Below are positions 50,577-62,519 of a stretch of 64,000 bases of DNA, one piece after another. The stretch spans positions 29,965 through 93,964 of the forward strand of contig JBHGNT010000090.1 in the NCBI GenBank assembly GCA_043228905.1, read 5' to 3'. Both the position numbers and the translations under genes were made by a program. Below the pieces are notes generated by a model. That model did not search any database and was not told where the DNA came from. It saw only the letters and a list, made by a program, of their open reading frames with translations. Each line of letters opens with the position of its first letter. Positions within the stretch are counted from its first letter, which is position 1. This DNA is from Azolla caroliniana. Its lineage: Eukaryota; Plantae; Polypodiophyta.

Positions 50577-53500
50577 TGTTGGGAGACAGGTCCCTCCGGA
50601 TGGGAAGGGAGAAGAACAGTGCCGACGAACAATCTCGGCCGAGGCCGAAACCGGATGAGGAGTACCCGGCTACGGAGAGCCGGATGGTGCAGACCTGATG
50701 TGAACCGGATGAGGAGTACCCGGCTACGAAGAGCCGGATGGTGCAGACTCGGTGTGAACCGGATGAGGAGTACCCGGCTACGGAGAGCAGACCCGGAGTG
50801 AACCGGATGAGGAGTACCCGGCTATGGAGAGCCGGATGGTGCAGACCCGGTGTGAACCGGAGGAAGAGACATATTCGTAAATATGTTTCTGAGAGCCCAT
50901 CGAGGCTATATTTGTAAATAGCTGAAAAGTCATATTAGTATAAATGTTGTTGTTATTTTTCTTGTTGGTGTAAGAAGAAGAGAGAGCACGTAACAGTGTA
51001 CAGAGAGAGAGAGAGAGAGAAAGAGGTCGCTGCCTCTGTTGTAACCGCCGCCTGTGGCGAAGATTGTGAGTACGAGGTCGTTGCCTCCGTGAACTCACTG
51101 CTTTTGTACATTCCAACATAGTGATAGTTTGCAGCCTGTGGGCTACCGTGGTTTTTTCCTCTTTGGGGTTTTTCCACGTAAACATTCTGTGTACCTTTTT
51201 TCTCTCCTTTGTGTCGCGTGCATTTGTTTCCCGTTTTTCTGTGTATGATCCTAAGCTCGGTTGTGGCCGAGTGTTGCGCATAAGGAGCCGTCAGTTCCCG
51301 TCAAGTGGTATCAGAGTCGAAACGACACAAAAATATGGACGAATCGTTTGGCGGCATGTTCAAGCTTACCAGCTCCAACTATTCGGTATGGAAGTCGAAG
51401 ATGAGGGACATGCTCGTGGTTAAAGACCTCTGGCTGCCGGTTCAGTTCGGGGACAAGAGACCGGACAAAATCGACGCCACGATATGGGAGGTGATGCACA
51501 TGAAGACAACGGTGTACATACGGTGCTTCATCGACATGAGCCTGTACAACAACTTCAATGAAGAGAGCAAGGCTCATGAGCTCTGGGAGAAGATCGGCAT
51601 AATGTTTCAAAACAAAAATGTTGTTAATCAGGTTTCGGTATTCCGGAAGCTAGTAAGACTCCGATACCAAGATGGCTCCAGCATGGCAGAGCATATGAAT
51701 GCCTTCCAGGGGTTGATACACCAGGCAACGTCATTGGAAGTACCTCTCGCCGATGAGGTACTAGCGCTACTCCTGCTCGGTTCCCTCCCGGATAGCTGGG
51801 AGACGTTGGTTGTCACTTTGGGCAACGCCGGACCGGAAGGAAAACGGTTATCCCTAGCAAGAGTAAAGTCGAGCTTGCTAGATGAGGAGGCGCGTCGGAA
51901 AGATAAAGATACGAGCTCCGACTCCAAAGCGCTCCTTACCGAATCGGAACGCGGAAGACATAGAAACCGTAGTCCCCAGAACCGGGAGAAGTCGGGGACA
52001 CGATCAAAGTCAAGGGGGAGGCCCACTTGCTTTTATTGCGGCAAGCCGGGTCACTTCCAAAAGAACTGTCGGCATTTCCGTAAAGACAAGGAAACCGACG
52101 GTACCGATTCGAAGCGAACCCCGGACCGAAACGGTAAAGACCGGAAGGGAACGACAACAATCGCGGCAAGTGAAGAAGAGTTGATGCTCATCACCGAGGA
52201 GAGTGAGATAAACCTTGCTGGCGACGAGATGACCTGGGTGGTAGACTCCGGAGCATCGTTCCACCTTACCCCGGACCGGAAATGCTTCTCATCCTACTCA
52301 GTCGGTGACCACGGCTGTGTCCGGATGGGGAATGAAGGTACATGCCGAATTGTCAGCATAGGAGACGTGTGGCTGTCAACACCAACCGGATGCAAGTTGC
52401 TGCTGAAGGATGTCCGACACGTTCCGGAGGTTCGTCTGAACTTGATATCAGCCAGTCGGCTAGATGATGAAGGCTACACGGGTAGCATCCGGAACGGTGT
52501 CATGAAGTTCAGCAAAGGGAGCCTGATTGTGGCTCGGGCCCGGAAGGTCAACACATTGTACCTGATGAATGCCCGGTTATGCCCGGAAGAAGTGAACGTG
52601 GCATCCGACACTGCTAGTGAGCTGTGGCACAAGAGGCTATGTCATATGAGCAAGAAGGGGATGAAGAGGCTTGCAGACGACAACCTCATTCCAGTAAAGA
52701 ACGTGCACTTAGAGAAGTGTACTGATTGTCTGGCCAGTAAGCAGAACCGGACCTCCTTCTGACCAAGGCCACCATTGAGACGTAATGCACCACTAGAGTT
52801 GGTGCATACGGATGTGTGTCAAGTAGACACGAAGTCACATGCCGGAGCGCAGTACTTCGTGACGTTCATAGATGACCACAGCCGGAAGTTGTGGGCCACA
52901 CCGTTGAAGACGAAGGATCAGGTGTTATCCGTCTTCAAAGAGCTCCACGCGAGAGTGGAAAGAGAAACTGGCCGGAAGCTGAAGGCGGTACGAGGAGACA
53001 ACGGAGGAGAATACCGGGGGCAGTTCGAGGAGTACTGCCGCTCGAAGGGAGTCCGGCTCGAATTTACCGTGCCGAAGACGCCGGAACTAAACGGACTGGC
53101 CGAGAGGATGAACCGGACCATAATGGAGAGGGTCCGGAGTATGCTAGCGCATGCAAAACTACCCAAGAAGTTTTGGGCTGAGGCATTGTCGACGGCGACA
53201 TACGTGATAAACAGATCACCCTCAGTACCCTTGGACGGAGACACGCCACAGAGAGTATGGACCGGTAAGGAAGTGTCCTACCGGCATCTAAAGGTGTTCG
53301 GGTGTCTCGCGTACGTGCATGTAGCAAAGGACCGGAGAGGAAAGTTAGACCCAAAGACCCGGCCATGCATATTCCTCGGTTACGGTGACGATGAGTTCGG
53401 CTACCAAGTGTGGGACCTGGTCGACAAGAAGGTATTCCGGAGTCGAGATATTATCTTCATGAAGGACAAGACGCTCGCCGACTAGGAGTCGGAGAAGAAG

Positions 53501-55882
53501 ATAATGAACTCCGAGTCGACCGGTAAGGATCGACTCTACGATGAGCAGACCCAACCGGCGAGAGACCGGTTAGCACTCGAAGAACCAGCCGGATACGGTG
53601 AGGATACGGCAGAAGAAGAAGTAGAGGAAGCTGAGACCGGAACCGGCCTAGACCCCGAATCGGATTCGGATGAAGAGCAAATGGAGGAGCCGACTACCGA
53701 AGCCCAAAGACGGACATATCCTCTCAGAGAGAGAAGGGCCCCCTGGAGATTTCCGGATGCAGAGCATGTTCTGCTGACCGATGAGGGGGAGCCGGAAAGC
53801 TTCAAAGAAGCGAAGGATGACACCCACAGCCGAAAATGGTTAAGTGCCATGCAGGACGAGATGGATTCCCTGCATGAGAACCATACGTACGAATTGGTGG
53901 AGTTGCCGAAAGGAAAGCGAGCACTCCGAAACAAGTGGGTGTACAAGTTGAAACCGGGAGATGCCGGAAACCCCCCGAGATACAAAGCCAGGATCGTAGT
54001 GAAGGGGTTCCAGCAGAAGAAGGGCGTGGACTTCGACGAGATATTTGCCCCGGTAGTAAAGATGACCTCCATTCGGACGGTGCTGAGTATAGCGGCAAGC
54101 ATGGATCTTGAGGTAGAGCAGCTGGACGTGAAGACGGCATTCCTTCACGGCGACCTCGAAGAGGAGATCTACATGCAGCAACCGGAAGGATTTGTGGAGA
54201 AAGGGAAGGAGCACCTAGTATGCCGGCTGAAGAAGAGCCTGTACGGACTAATGCAGGCTCCCTGACAATGGTACCGGAAGTTCGATTCCTTCATGACCGA
54301 TCAAGAGTACCACAAGACGCAGGCCGATCACTGCGTGTTTGTGAAGAAGTACGAAGGAGGCGACTTCTTGATACTCCTCCTGTACGTGGATGACATGTTG
54401 ATCGTCGGACGTGACCAAGTCAAAATACGGATGCTGAAGAAGGCTCTCAACCGGACCTTCTCAATGAAAGACTTGGGTCTGGCAAGACAGATGCTGGGGA
54501 TGCATATCATTCGGGACCGTTCATAGAAGCAATTATGGTTGTCACAGGAGAAGTACGTGACAAAGGTGCTTCACCGGTTCAACATGTCAGAAGCAAAACC
54601 GGTCGGATCGACACTTCCGGCAAACTGCAAGCTATCCAGTAAGCAAAGCCCGAAGACGAAAGCAGAGAAGGAGGATATGATGAAGATTCCATATGCCTCT
54701 GCCATCGGGAGCTTGATGTATGCAATGGTTTGTACCCGACCGGACATAGGATACGCAGTCGGAGTGGTGAGCCGGTTTATGAGCAATCTTGGCAAGGAGT
54801 ACTAGAACGCGGTCAAATGGATACTCCGGTATTTGAAGGGCACTTCAAATATGTGTCTCCGATTCGGCTTCGGAAAACCTCAACTGGACGGTTTCACCGA
54901 TTCGGACATGTCGGCTGATGTGGATACCAGCCGGTCTACATCCGGGTATGTAATGACATATGCAGGGGGAGTTGTTTCGTGGCAGTCGAGGCTGCAGAAG
55001 ACGGTTGCATTGTCGACCACAGAGGCGGAGTACATGGCGGCTGTGGAAGCCAGCAAGGAAATATTATGGATGAAGGACTTCATCGGAGAGCTCGGTATCC
55101 GGCAAGAGGAATACCGACTCTATTGCGACAGTCAAAGTGCCATCCACCTTGCTAAGAATGCGGCCTACCATTCTCGGACGAAGCACATCCAGCGAAGATA
55201 TCACTGGATCCGGGAAAGAGTAGATGACCAGGAGTTCGCGCTGACGAAGATCCACACGGCCGAGAACGGGTCAGATATGCTGACCAAAGTTCTGATACCC
55301 GACAAGCTGGATGCATGCCGGAAGCAGATCAGATTGATAAGACACCCCATGCCGGAGTGAAGGGGGAGTTTGTTGGGAGACAGGTCCCTCCGGATGGGAA
55401 GGGAGAAGAATAGTGAAGGGTGTGAACCGGAGGAAGAGACATATTCGTAAATATGTTTCTGAGAGCCCATCGAGGCTATATTTGTAAATAGCCGAAAAGT
55501 CATATTAGTATAAATATGACTTAGGGCAAATATGTGTATAATGTTGTTATTTTTCTTGTTGGTGTAAGAAGAAGAGAGAGCACGTAACAGTGTACAGAGA
55601 GAGAGAGAGAGAGAGAAAGAGGTCGCTGCCTCTGTTGTAACCGCCGCCTGTGGCGAAGATTGTGAGTATGAGGTCGTTGCCTCCGTGAACTCACTGCTTT
55701 TGTACATTCCAACATAGTGATAGTTTGCAGCCTGTGGGCTGCCGTGGTTTTTTCCTCTTTGGGGTTTTTCCAGGTAAACATTGTGTCGCGTGTCGCGTGC
55801 ATTTGTTTCCCGTTTTTCTGTGTATGATCCTAAGCTCGGTTGTGGCCGAGCATTGTGCATAAGGAGCCTTCAGTTCCCGTCA
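50577..55882 (+). mobile_element. Ty1/Copia element F inserted in E
   Basis: LTRs 50577-51303 (727 bp) and 55371-55882 (512 bp); TSD GATGA; PBS TGGTATCAGAG at 51306; PPT GAAGGGGGAG. Confidence 0.96.
51335..55360 (+). pseudogene. Copia F gag-pol in one reading frame with five premature stops
   Basis: ORF pieces starting at 51305, 52775, 53504, 54293, 54539 and 54833 share one frame; stops at 52760, 53483, 54263, 54524 and 54803; all Copia domains are recognisable. Confidence 0.93.
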
Positions 55883-58800
55883 GATGATACTCTTGGGGAA
55901 ATGGAGAAAGTCATCAAATCGAAATTGCAAGTCAACAAAATAATTCCAATCAACTTTGTCGCCTTATACACCGCCATCAACGAATACGAACAAGGTGTCG
56001 CGACAGATGAAGTCAAAGTTAATACCAAATACAAGACTGTGGATAAGAAGGTCAAACCTGTGGCGGCTCCCTTGCCTGAAGACGGTTGGCAACGAATAAA
56101 GGAGGTAGCACGAGATTCGTGCCTTAGAGACCCGAAAGGAGTAGGGCATGTCTTCACCGAGGAAACTCGACAGAAGCTCAAAGTTGGTGGGGGTGAGTTT
56201 TTGCTTCCCAAAGAAGAGTCCAAGTTCCGAAAAATGTTGGAGCAACATGGGAAAGCATTTGCCTTTTCCCCACAAGAAATCGGATGTGTGACCCAACGCT
56301 TGTGGAACCAATGGTTATCTTTACAATATCCCATGTGCCATGGAACTTGATGCCAATTCCGGTTCCAAGAGCTCACATTCCATGATTGTTGGAGTTGTTA
56401 AAAGAAAATATTAGAATGGGAATCCTTGAGCCATGTAATGCGCCTTATTCAAATAGGTGGTTCACAGTGCCGAAAAAAAATGGAGCGCTTCGATTTATCC
56501 AAGATCTGCAACTAGTAAACAAGGTCACCATTCGTAATGTTGGTATTGGACCCAGTGTTGATGAGTTTGCTAAAGCTTTTGCAGAAAGGTCGATTTACTC
56601 GATTGGAGACTTGTATTCTGGATACGACCAATTTCAATTGTCTTTGGATAGTCGAGACATCACAACGATGCGGACGCCCATCGGGCTAGTAAGGATGTGT
56701 ACAGTACCGCAAGGGGCAACTAACTCGGTGGCCCACATGATGAACGCCATGCACAAAGTACTAAGAGACTGCATCCCAGATATTACGATGCCTTTCCTCG
56801 ATGATATCCCTATAAAGGGGTGCCCCGAATCAGAGAATGACGAGTCTTTAGATCAAGATGGATGTCGAAGATTTGTTTCAAACCATATTAAAGACTGCGG
56901 AAGAGTGCTAGAAAGACTGGAAGGTGCAGGGCTCACATTCTCCGGTTTAGGAATTAGCATTTGGCCAACACAAGATCCTAGTAGTGGGACATCTTTGTGG
57001 ACCATATGGACGAAAATCCTCTCCCGCAAAGGTGAATGCTATTCAAGAGATTCTTAGGAGCATGTGTGTTCTACCACATTTGGATTCCACACTATGCTCA
57101 TGTGGCCGAACCCTTGTATAGCTTACTGAAAAAAGGGAGAAATTCAAATGGGAACCGATACACACAGAGGCGATGGAGAGGTTAAAAGGGCTACTAGTGG
57201 CAACACCAGCTTTAAGGAAAGTCGTCTACAAAGAAGGGATGCCCATCTACGTCACAGTAGATACGAGTCCAACGGGAATTGGATGGGTCATCAACCAAGA
57301 AGGAGAAGATAGCATACGGTACGTCATCCGGTTCGGAGAAAAGGTTCTTAGCGATTGACAACAAGGATACGCCCAAGTAAAGCGGGAACTCTGGGGTATC
57401 GTGTCTGTAGTAAAAGTAGACAAGGACTACCTGATCGGGTCAGAGGTGGTAATTGAAACGGATTGCCTCCCAATCCTTGGGATGATCTCCGGATGTGCGA
57501 CACCAGATTTGGCTATGTTAAGGTGGATTGCTTATATAAAGTATTTGAACCCGGAGATCCGCCACATTGCTGGGAAGAAAAATGCCATGGCTGACATGCT
57601 GTCAAGAGCAAGATTCGAGGATGAAAGTGATATGGTTTCAGAAGATGAAAACGTCGCCCTCGACTTCTTCAAGGCAGCCCAACTGTCGGCAAAAGACAGA
57701 GGCACACAACCCTCCACGCTTTCAACGAAAACGAGTATGAAGGGGAGTGGTTACTAATCGGAAGATTCTTGAGAACGATGATGGCAGATGCTTCATGGAC
57801 GAAGGAGGAGGCTCTACAAATATGAAAGAAAGCTTACCAGTACTTTTTGAAGGGAGGATTCCTCTGGCGGCATCCAAAGAGAAGGACAGGGATGCCACGA
57901 CGAGTAGTGGTGAAGAAAGATGACCAAAGAACGTTGATGTCTGAATTCCACGAAAGTCCGTGGGCAGGTCATAGAGGAACGTGGGCAACATTTGAAAAGC
58001 TAAAGGAAAAGTACTGGTGTCCGAGCATGTATAAAGATGTACTACATTTTGTGTCCACATGCAAAAGTTGTCAAGTACATTCGAACGTACGTCACCATGA
58101 TGGATTACGACCAACATACCCACTCACCATACACTTTAAATGGATGGTGGATCTGGTCTTGATGCCAATGGGAGTGGGACAGATGAAGTACTTGGTGCTA
58201 GCGAGGGAAGACCTGACAAACCAAGTAGAAGGACGAGCCTTAGTAAATAAGGCGACGACAGCCGTATGCAAATTTCTACTCGAAGAGGTCGTTTGCCGAT
58301 ACGGATATGTGAGAAAGATAGTGGCCGACCGAGGGGAGCTAGATGCACACGAAGCAATGGAGCTCTTCGAGCGACTAGGCGTAAACCTCTCCCTCACAAC
58401 TGCCTATAATCCGGAAGCAAATGGGAAGATCGAGTGAGGGCATGGGCCGATAGTCAAAGCCATCGTATGAGCATGCAATGGTTGAGTTGGGAATTGGCCG
58501 CGATTATTGCCCTATGCATTGTGGGACGATAGAACTACGGACAGTTCCGTGACAGGCTATATGCCAGCAGAGCTCATGTATGGACAAAAACCAATAATGC
58601 CCATCGAGAGGACGATCGTCTCATGGGTAGCAATACCATGGGAGAATGAGATGAGCCGAGAAGAATTATTGGTGGCACGAATAAGGCAACTCAAAAGAAG
58701 ACCCGAAGACCTAGAGAATGCGCGAAAGATAATGGAGACAGCCCTCGTGAAGAATAAGATTCGGTTTGATAAGACACACCGACTGTGTCCCAAGAAGATC

Positions 58801-59763
58801 GAAGAAGGAGATTGGGTATTGGTCTACGACAACAGCCTAGACAACCAACACAGGACGACAAGGAAGTTCGCAAGAAGGTGGTTTGGACCATATGTGGTGA
58901 TGAGTGCCAACGACAACGCCAGCTACCACCTCGCGGAGCTAGACGGATCAAGGTTGGCCATACCAATTGCAAGGAAAAGAGTAAAGATATTCAAGAAAAG
59001 ACAAGATGAGGGTCCTAACCTAGATGACCTCAACAATGAAGATAGTACGACGGAACCCACAAATGTGAGCGAGGTTGATGAGGACATGGAGGAAATTGAT
59101 CGATCACCGTAACCGAAATCTCACACTCACTTCTTGGCACGTACCGGAGGACGTGAGGTTTGGTGGGGGTGGATAGTTGAGATACAAGACACATTGCCAA
59201 TGAGATAACTAGGATTTATTAATTATTATTGATTGCATATATTGCTTGATTTCCTTTCCCTTCCTCTCCTTCTTATATAGATGCCCCCATGCATATGTGC
59301 ATGTGAGGGTGTAGTACATGCATACAATGCATGAAATGCATGCAATGCATGATTGCCATTTGGCGCTCATGCATCACATGCAATGCATGATGACCATGTA
59401 CCTCATCCAAGCTCTCATGTACCAGCAGTTCGTGTGAAAAGTACAATGAAGAAAATAAGTTTTAAAGGAAATAATCTAGTCTAATGGTATGTCAATTGCC
59501 TCCAATCTTAGAGGTGTAAGGTTCAAACCCTGCCTTGCACCTCATTGTATGTGTTTGACTTACTTTATATATTTCTGTAATGAACACCTAAACACACATT
59601 ACACATGCACATTCATGTGTTAACATACACGTCTAACCATCACTCCTTTCATACGTGTGCATATTGCATCTTCTCGATTTCCCTCGTTCCACACGATTTT
59701 CATACTGTTGCCGAAAATCTTCACGATCTTTGTGGTGCGGTAAATATTTTCACAATCTCTTTA

Positions 59764-59794
<31 letters not shown>

Positions 59795-60909
59795 AGTCAA
59801 CCCACACAAGCATCTTTGACAACAAGAACGACCCGATTGTAAACCTAAACAAAGGTCGACTCCTTACAAGCACAAGTCACCCGATCCATCCTCCTTGGTC
59901 AAAGACCCCGGTGGTCCTGTTCGACCAACCCGCAAGCGCGGATTTCCATGACAACGAGAACAAAAATACAGAAATACAAATGCAAGGATTTTACGTGGAA
60001 AACCCGGAAAGGGAAAAACCATGTGAAGTTCACAAACTCCAAACAGAACCACTATGATGGGAGGAATACAACAAGAAGCGTCAAGGCAACAACCTTGAGC
60101 TCTTCTTCATCACAGATAGTTATGGAGTTACTCACACACTCTCCCACTCTAGTTACACAAGCAACTACACCTTGTAACTTGTTCCACAATGATAATTCAC
60201 AATTATCATAACTACTTGCCCTAACTATATTTATACTCATATACACTATATACGCTATTTACAAATATAGCCCACTAAGGACACATATTGAGGTTATTTA
60301 CAATTATAGCCTCGAGTCGGCTTTGACCGATTCGGCTATTAGCCGAATAGATTATTATCCGATTTTCGGTTAGTTGATTTTTTGGCCTCGACTAAGTTCG
60401 CCATCGACCAATTCGGCTATTCTTCCCATCCGGAGGGACCTGTTTTCTCAACACTTGTGATAAAGCCGAACGTGAGCACAACCAAGCCGACAAAATGTAC
60501 CACATGAAAGCAAGCAATACTTGATTGTCAACAACCACCTTACCAGGCCGGGAGCCATGGAAAAACATTTTAAGGCAGAGAATGATTAAGGTGCCTTCTA
60601 CAGGTGGCAATTGGAAAGATAGTATTAGATGGTGGTTTTTAAGAGATTTTACTCATTCCATTGATATTTTTCGGCATGATAAAGTTTTTATGGGTATAAT
60701 GAAGGCATGGTTTGATTGGAAGCATAATTTAGTCCAATCTCTACCATCATTTATGGAGGAATGGTTGTGTCAACCCCTCGTAATGAACCCACTATTTCTA
60801 AAAGAGGAGAGAATAATGTTAGATAAAAGAACTAGGTTGAAGTGGGCTTATTTTGATAGAGGAGAAGGTGGGTTAGTAAGGAGTTCATTGTCTTTTTCTT
60901 CTTCGACAG

Positions 60910-62519
60910 TGTTGCGGAAATCCGCGCGTACGTGTTGGAAGAGGGCGGGACCACCGGGGTCTTGGACCGAGGAGCCGGTGAGAGAAGAAAGGTGGTCCGG
61001 ATTGACGTTCGGAAAGCTCCGCCAGATCGGTTTCCGGACACGTTGTCGAGAAAATCCTCGCGGATGCGTAGAAGTTGGGCAGGACCACGGGGGTCTTGAA
61101 CCAAGGAATCAAGAAGTAGGAAGAAGAGTTTGTGGTTTATGTAAGCCCTGAGATCGTGGTTAAATAGAGAAGGTTAGCGAAACAAGAGAGAGAGTGTGTG
61201 TGTAAGAGGATCGTGTGTAGACACAGGCGTAGACAGAGATGCTAAGAACAACTTGTGTTAGGTAGATAAGTTTCTATTAATCAAAACATGTGTGTGGCGC
61301 TGTGGGTGATTACAACCGGATCAGTGCCGGTGATAGAGCGTAGAGCTCTACAATAGTTAGATACAAAGATACGTAGGCATGCAGAAGGTCGATCCCCTAG
61401 TCGGGAGAACTCAGGCGTCTGGCGCGAGCAGGGGAAGCGCCTTCCGGTGTTCCGTCGTAGGACTCCTCATCTCCCCTCCTCTCTAGATGACATCCCTAAA
61501 ATGGTCAAAGGTCGCCCCTTTTATAGCACAAGGAGCGACCGTTAAAGAGCATTCATGACCTGTCGCTTTCCCTTCCTAGATTCTTCCCCCTTATTTGCTC
61601 TCCATGTAACTCTCCCTCCTTACGCAATGTCTGAATCCCTATTAATGCCTTAACTACCTAGTACACCTCTTTCTACCTATGCCTAGTACTTACACTATTT
61701 AATTCACTAGGGGTATGCATTTGTGCACACCAGTGTTCCTGCATGTTTCACATTGTTTCCACCTATGGCCCGGAATCTTCACGACAACGTATCCGATCCG
61801 AAACAGTGAGTGCACGGTCTCTGATATGTGTATTGTTTTGGACCATATGTCGGATATCAGCGATAAGCTCACGGGCTCACAGACTTGGACGTGCACACGC
61901 AACAAAAACAAAACGGGGATAAGAACATGAGCACGGGGCGCGACGAACATGCAATAAGTGGGAACAACTCGAAAATATCCGAACACAAGAAGAGACTCAA
62001 CAAAATACTAATGATTAACAGAGAACCAGAAAGAGTACAACCGGACATGGCCGGCAACAGAGATTCGAGCTCCTCACACACACGTACGCACGATAACAAG
62101 CCTTCGATGGGGTGCACAGGGGCTACCAACGCGAAACGGAGGTCTCACATCATGACGACATAAACAGAGATCGGGAAGGCCAAAGTCTTCACTTCGTCCT
62201 CCCAAAACGTTGATACCCTCCTCAGTCTTATCCCTTCCTTTTATAGCGCAAGGAGAGGAAGACCGTTACATCAAGCTTTTACTACAACTGCTTTTCCTCC
62301 TTGATTTTCTCCTTGATTTCCTCTTATCTATCACTATTATTCTTCTCTATACGTGTGGGATATTAAAGTACCCATCAAAACCCTATCCCCTAGTACTTAC
62401 CAGTCCTACGTTATTTGCACATATTGTGCATAGAGACAACCTTTGTGTGCATCCATCCACACCCCTATTCCTGCGCTCTCCGGCTCCCTTTCTCTCTATG
62501 GTCGGAATCCATCATGTCA
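60910..62519 (-). mobile_element. Solo LTR H (related to the E LTR) containing a nested solo LTR
   Basis: The left end is the reverse complement of the E-type LTR end (GACCCCGGTGGTCC...GCGCGGATTTCCGCAACA). The right end GGAATCCATCATGTCA resembles the family start. LINE sequence resumes after it. TSD not clean. Confidence 0.7.
61044..61786 (-). mobile_element. Solo LTR H2 nested in H
   Basis: TGTCG...CGACA termini; perfect 4 bp TSD ACGT; motifs shared with H (GGGGTCTTG, CCTTTTATAGC). Confidence 0.82.

Larger units (their letters stand above)
48178..59112 (+). pseudogene. Gypsy E gag-pol, disrupted by stops, frameshifts and element F
   Basis: gag FDGRDVTRYL and CIWCDSLEH; protease ALIDHGLEIN; RT DLYSGYDQ, PQGATNS and PFLDDIPIKG; RNase H VTVDTSPTGIGW; integrase HESPWAGH...CKSC, DRGE and YNPEANGKIE; no chromodomain. 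Confidence 0.9.
47146..59953 (+). mobile_element. Ty3/Gypsy non-chromovirus element E, tRNA-Trp primed, with a rearranged 3' LTR
   Basis: 5' LTR 47146-48139 (T[C]TCGTGAAG...CGCGACA); PBS TGGTGAACCCGACATGAA at 48145-48162; PPT GGTGGGGGTGGA; 3' LTR 59175-59953; 4 bp TSD ACGA at 47142-47145 and 59954-59957. Confidence 0.88.
47060..60453 (-). mobile_element. Copia solo LTR G (about 580 bp: 47060-47145 plus 59958-60453), split by Gypsy E
   Basis: Minus strand starts TGTTGAGAAAACAGGTCCCTCCGGATGGGAAG (like the A and F LTRs) and ends GGTTGTGGCCGAGTCGATTCTCAACA. Removing it plus 5 bp rejoins the LINE reading frame; the TSD itself is degenerate. Confidence 0.78.
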
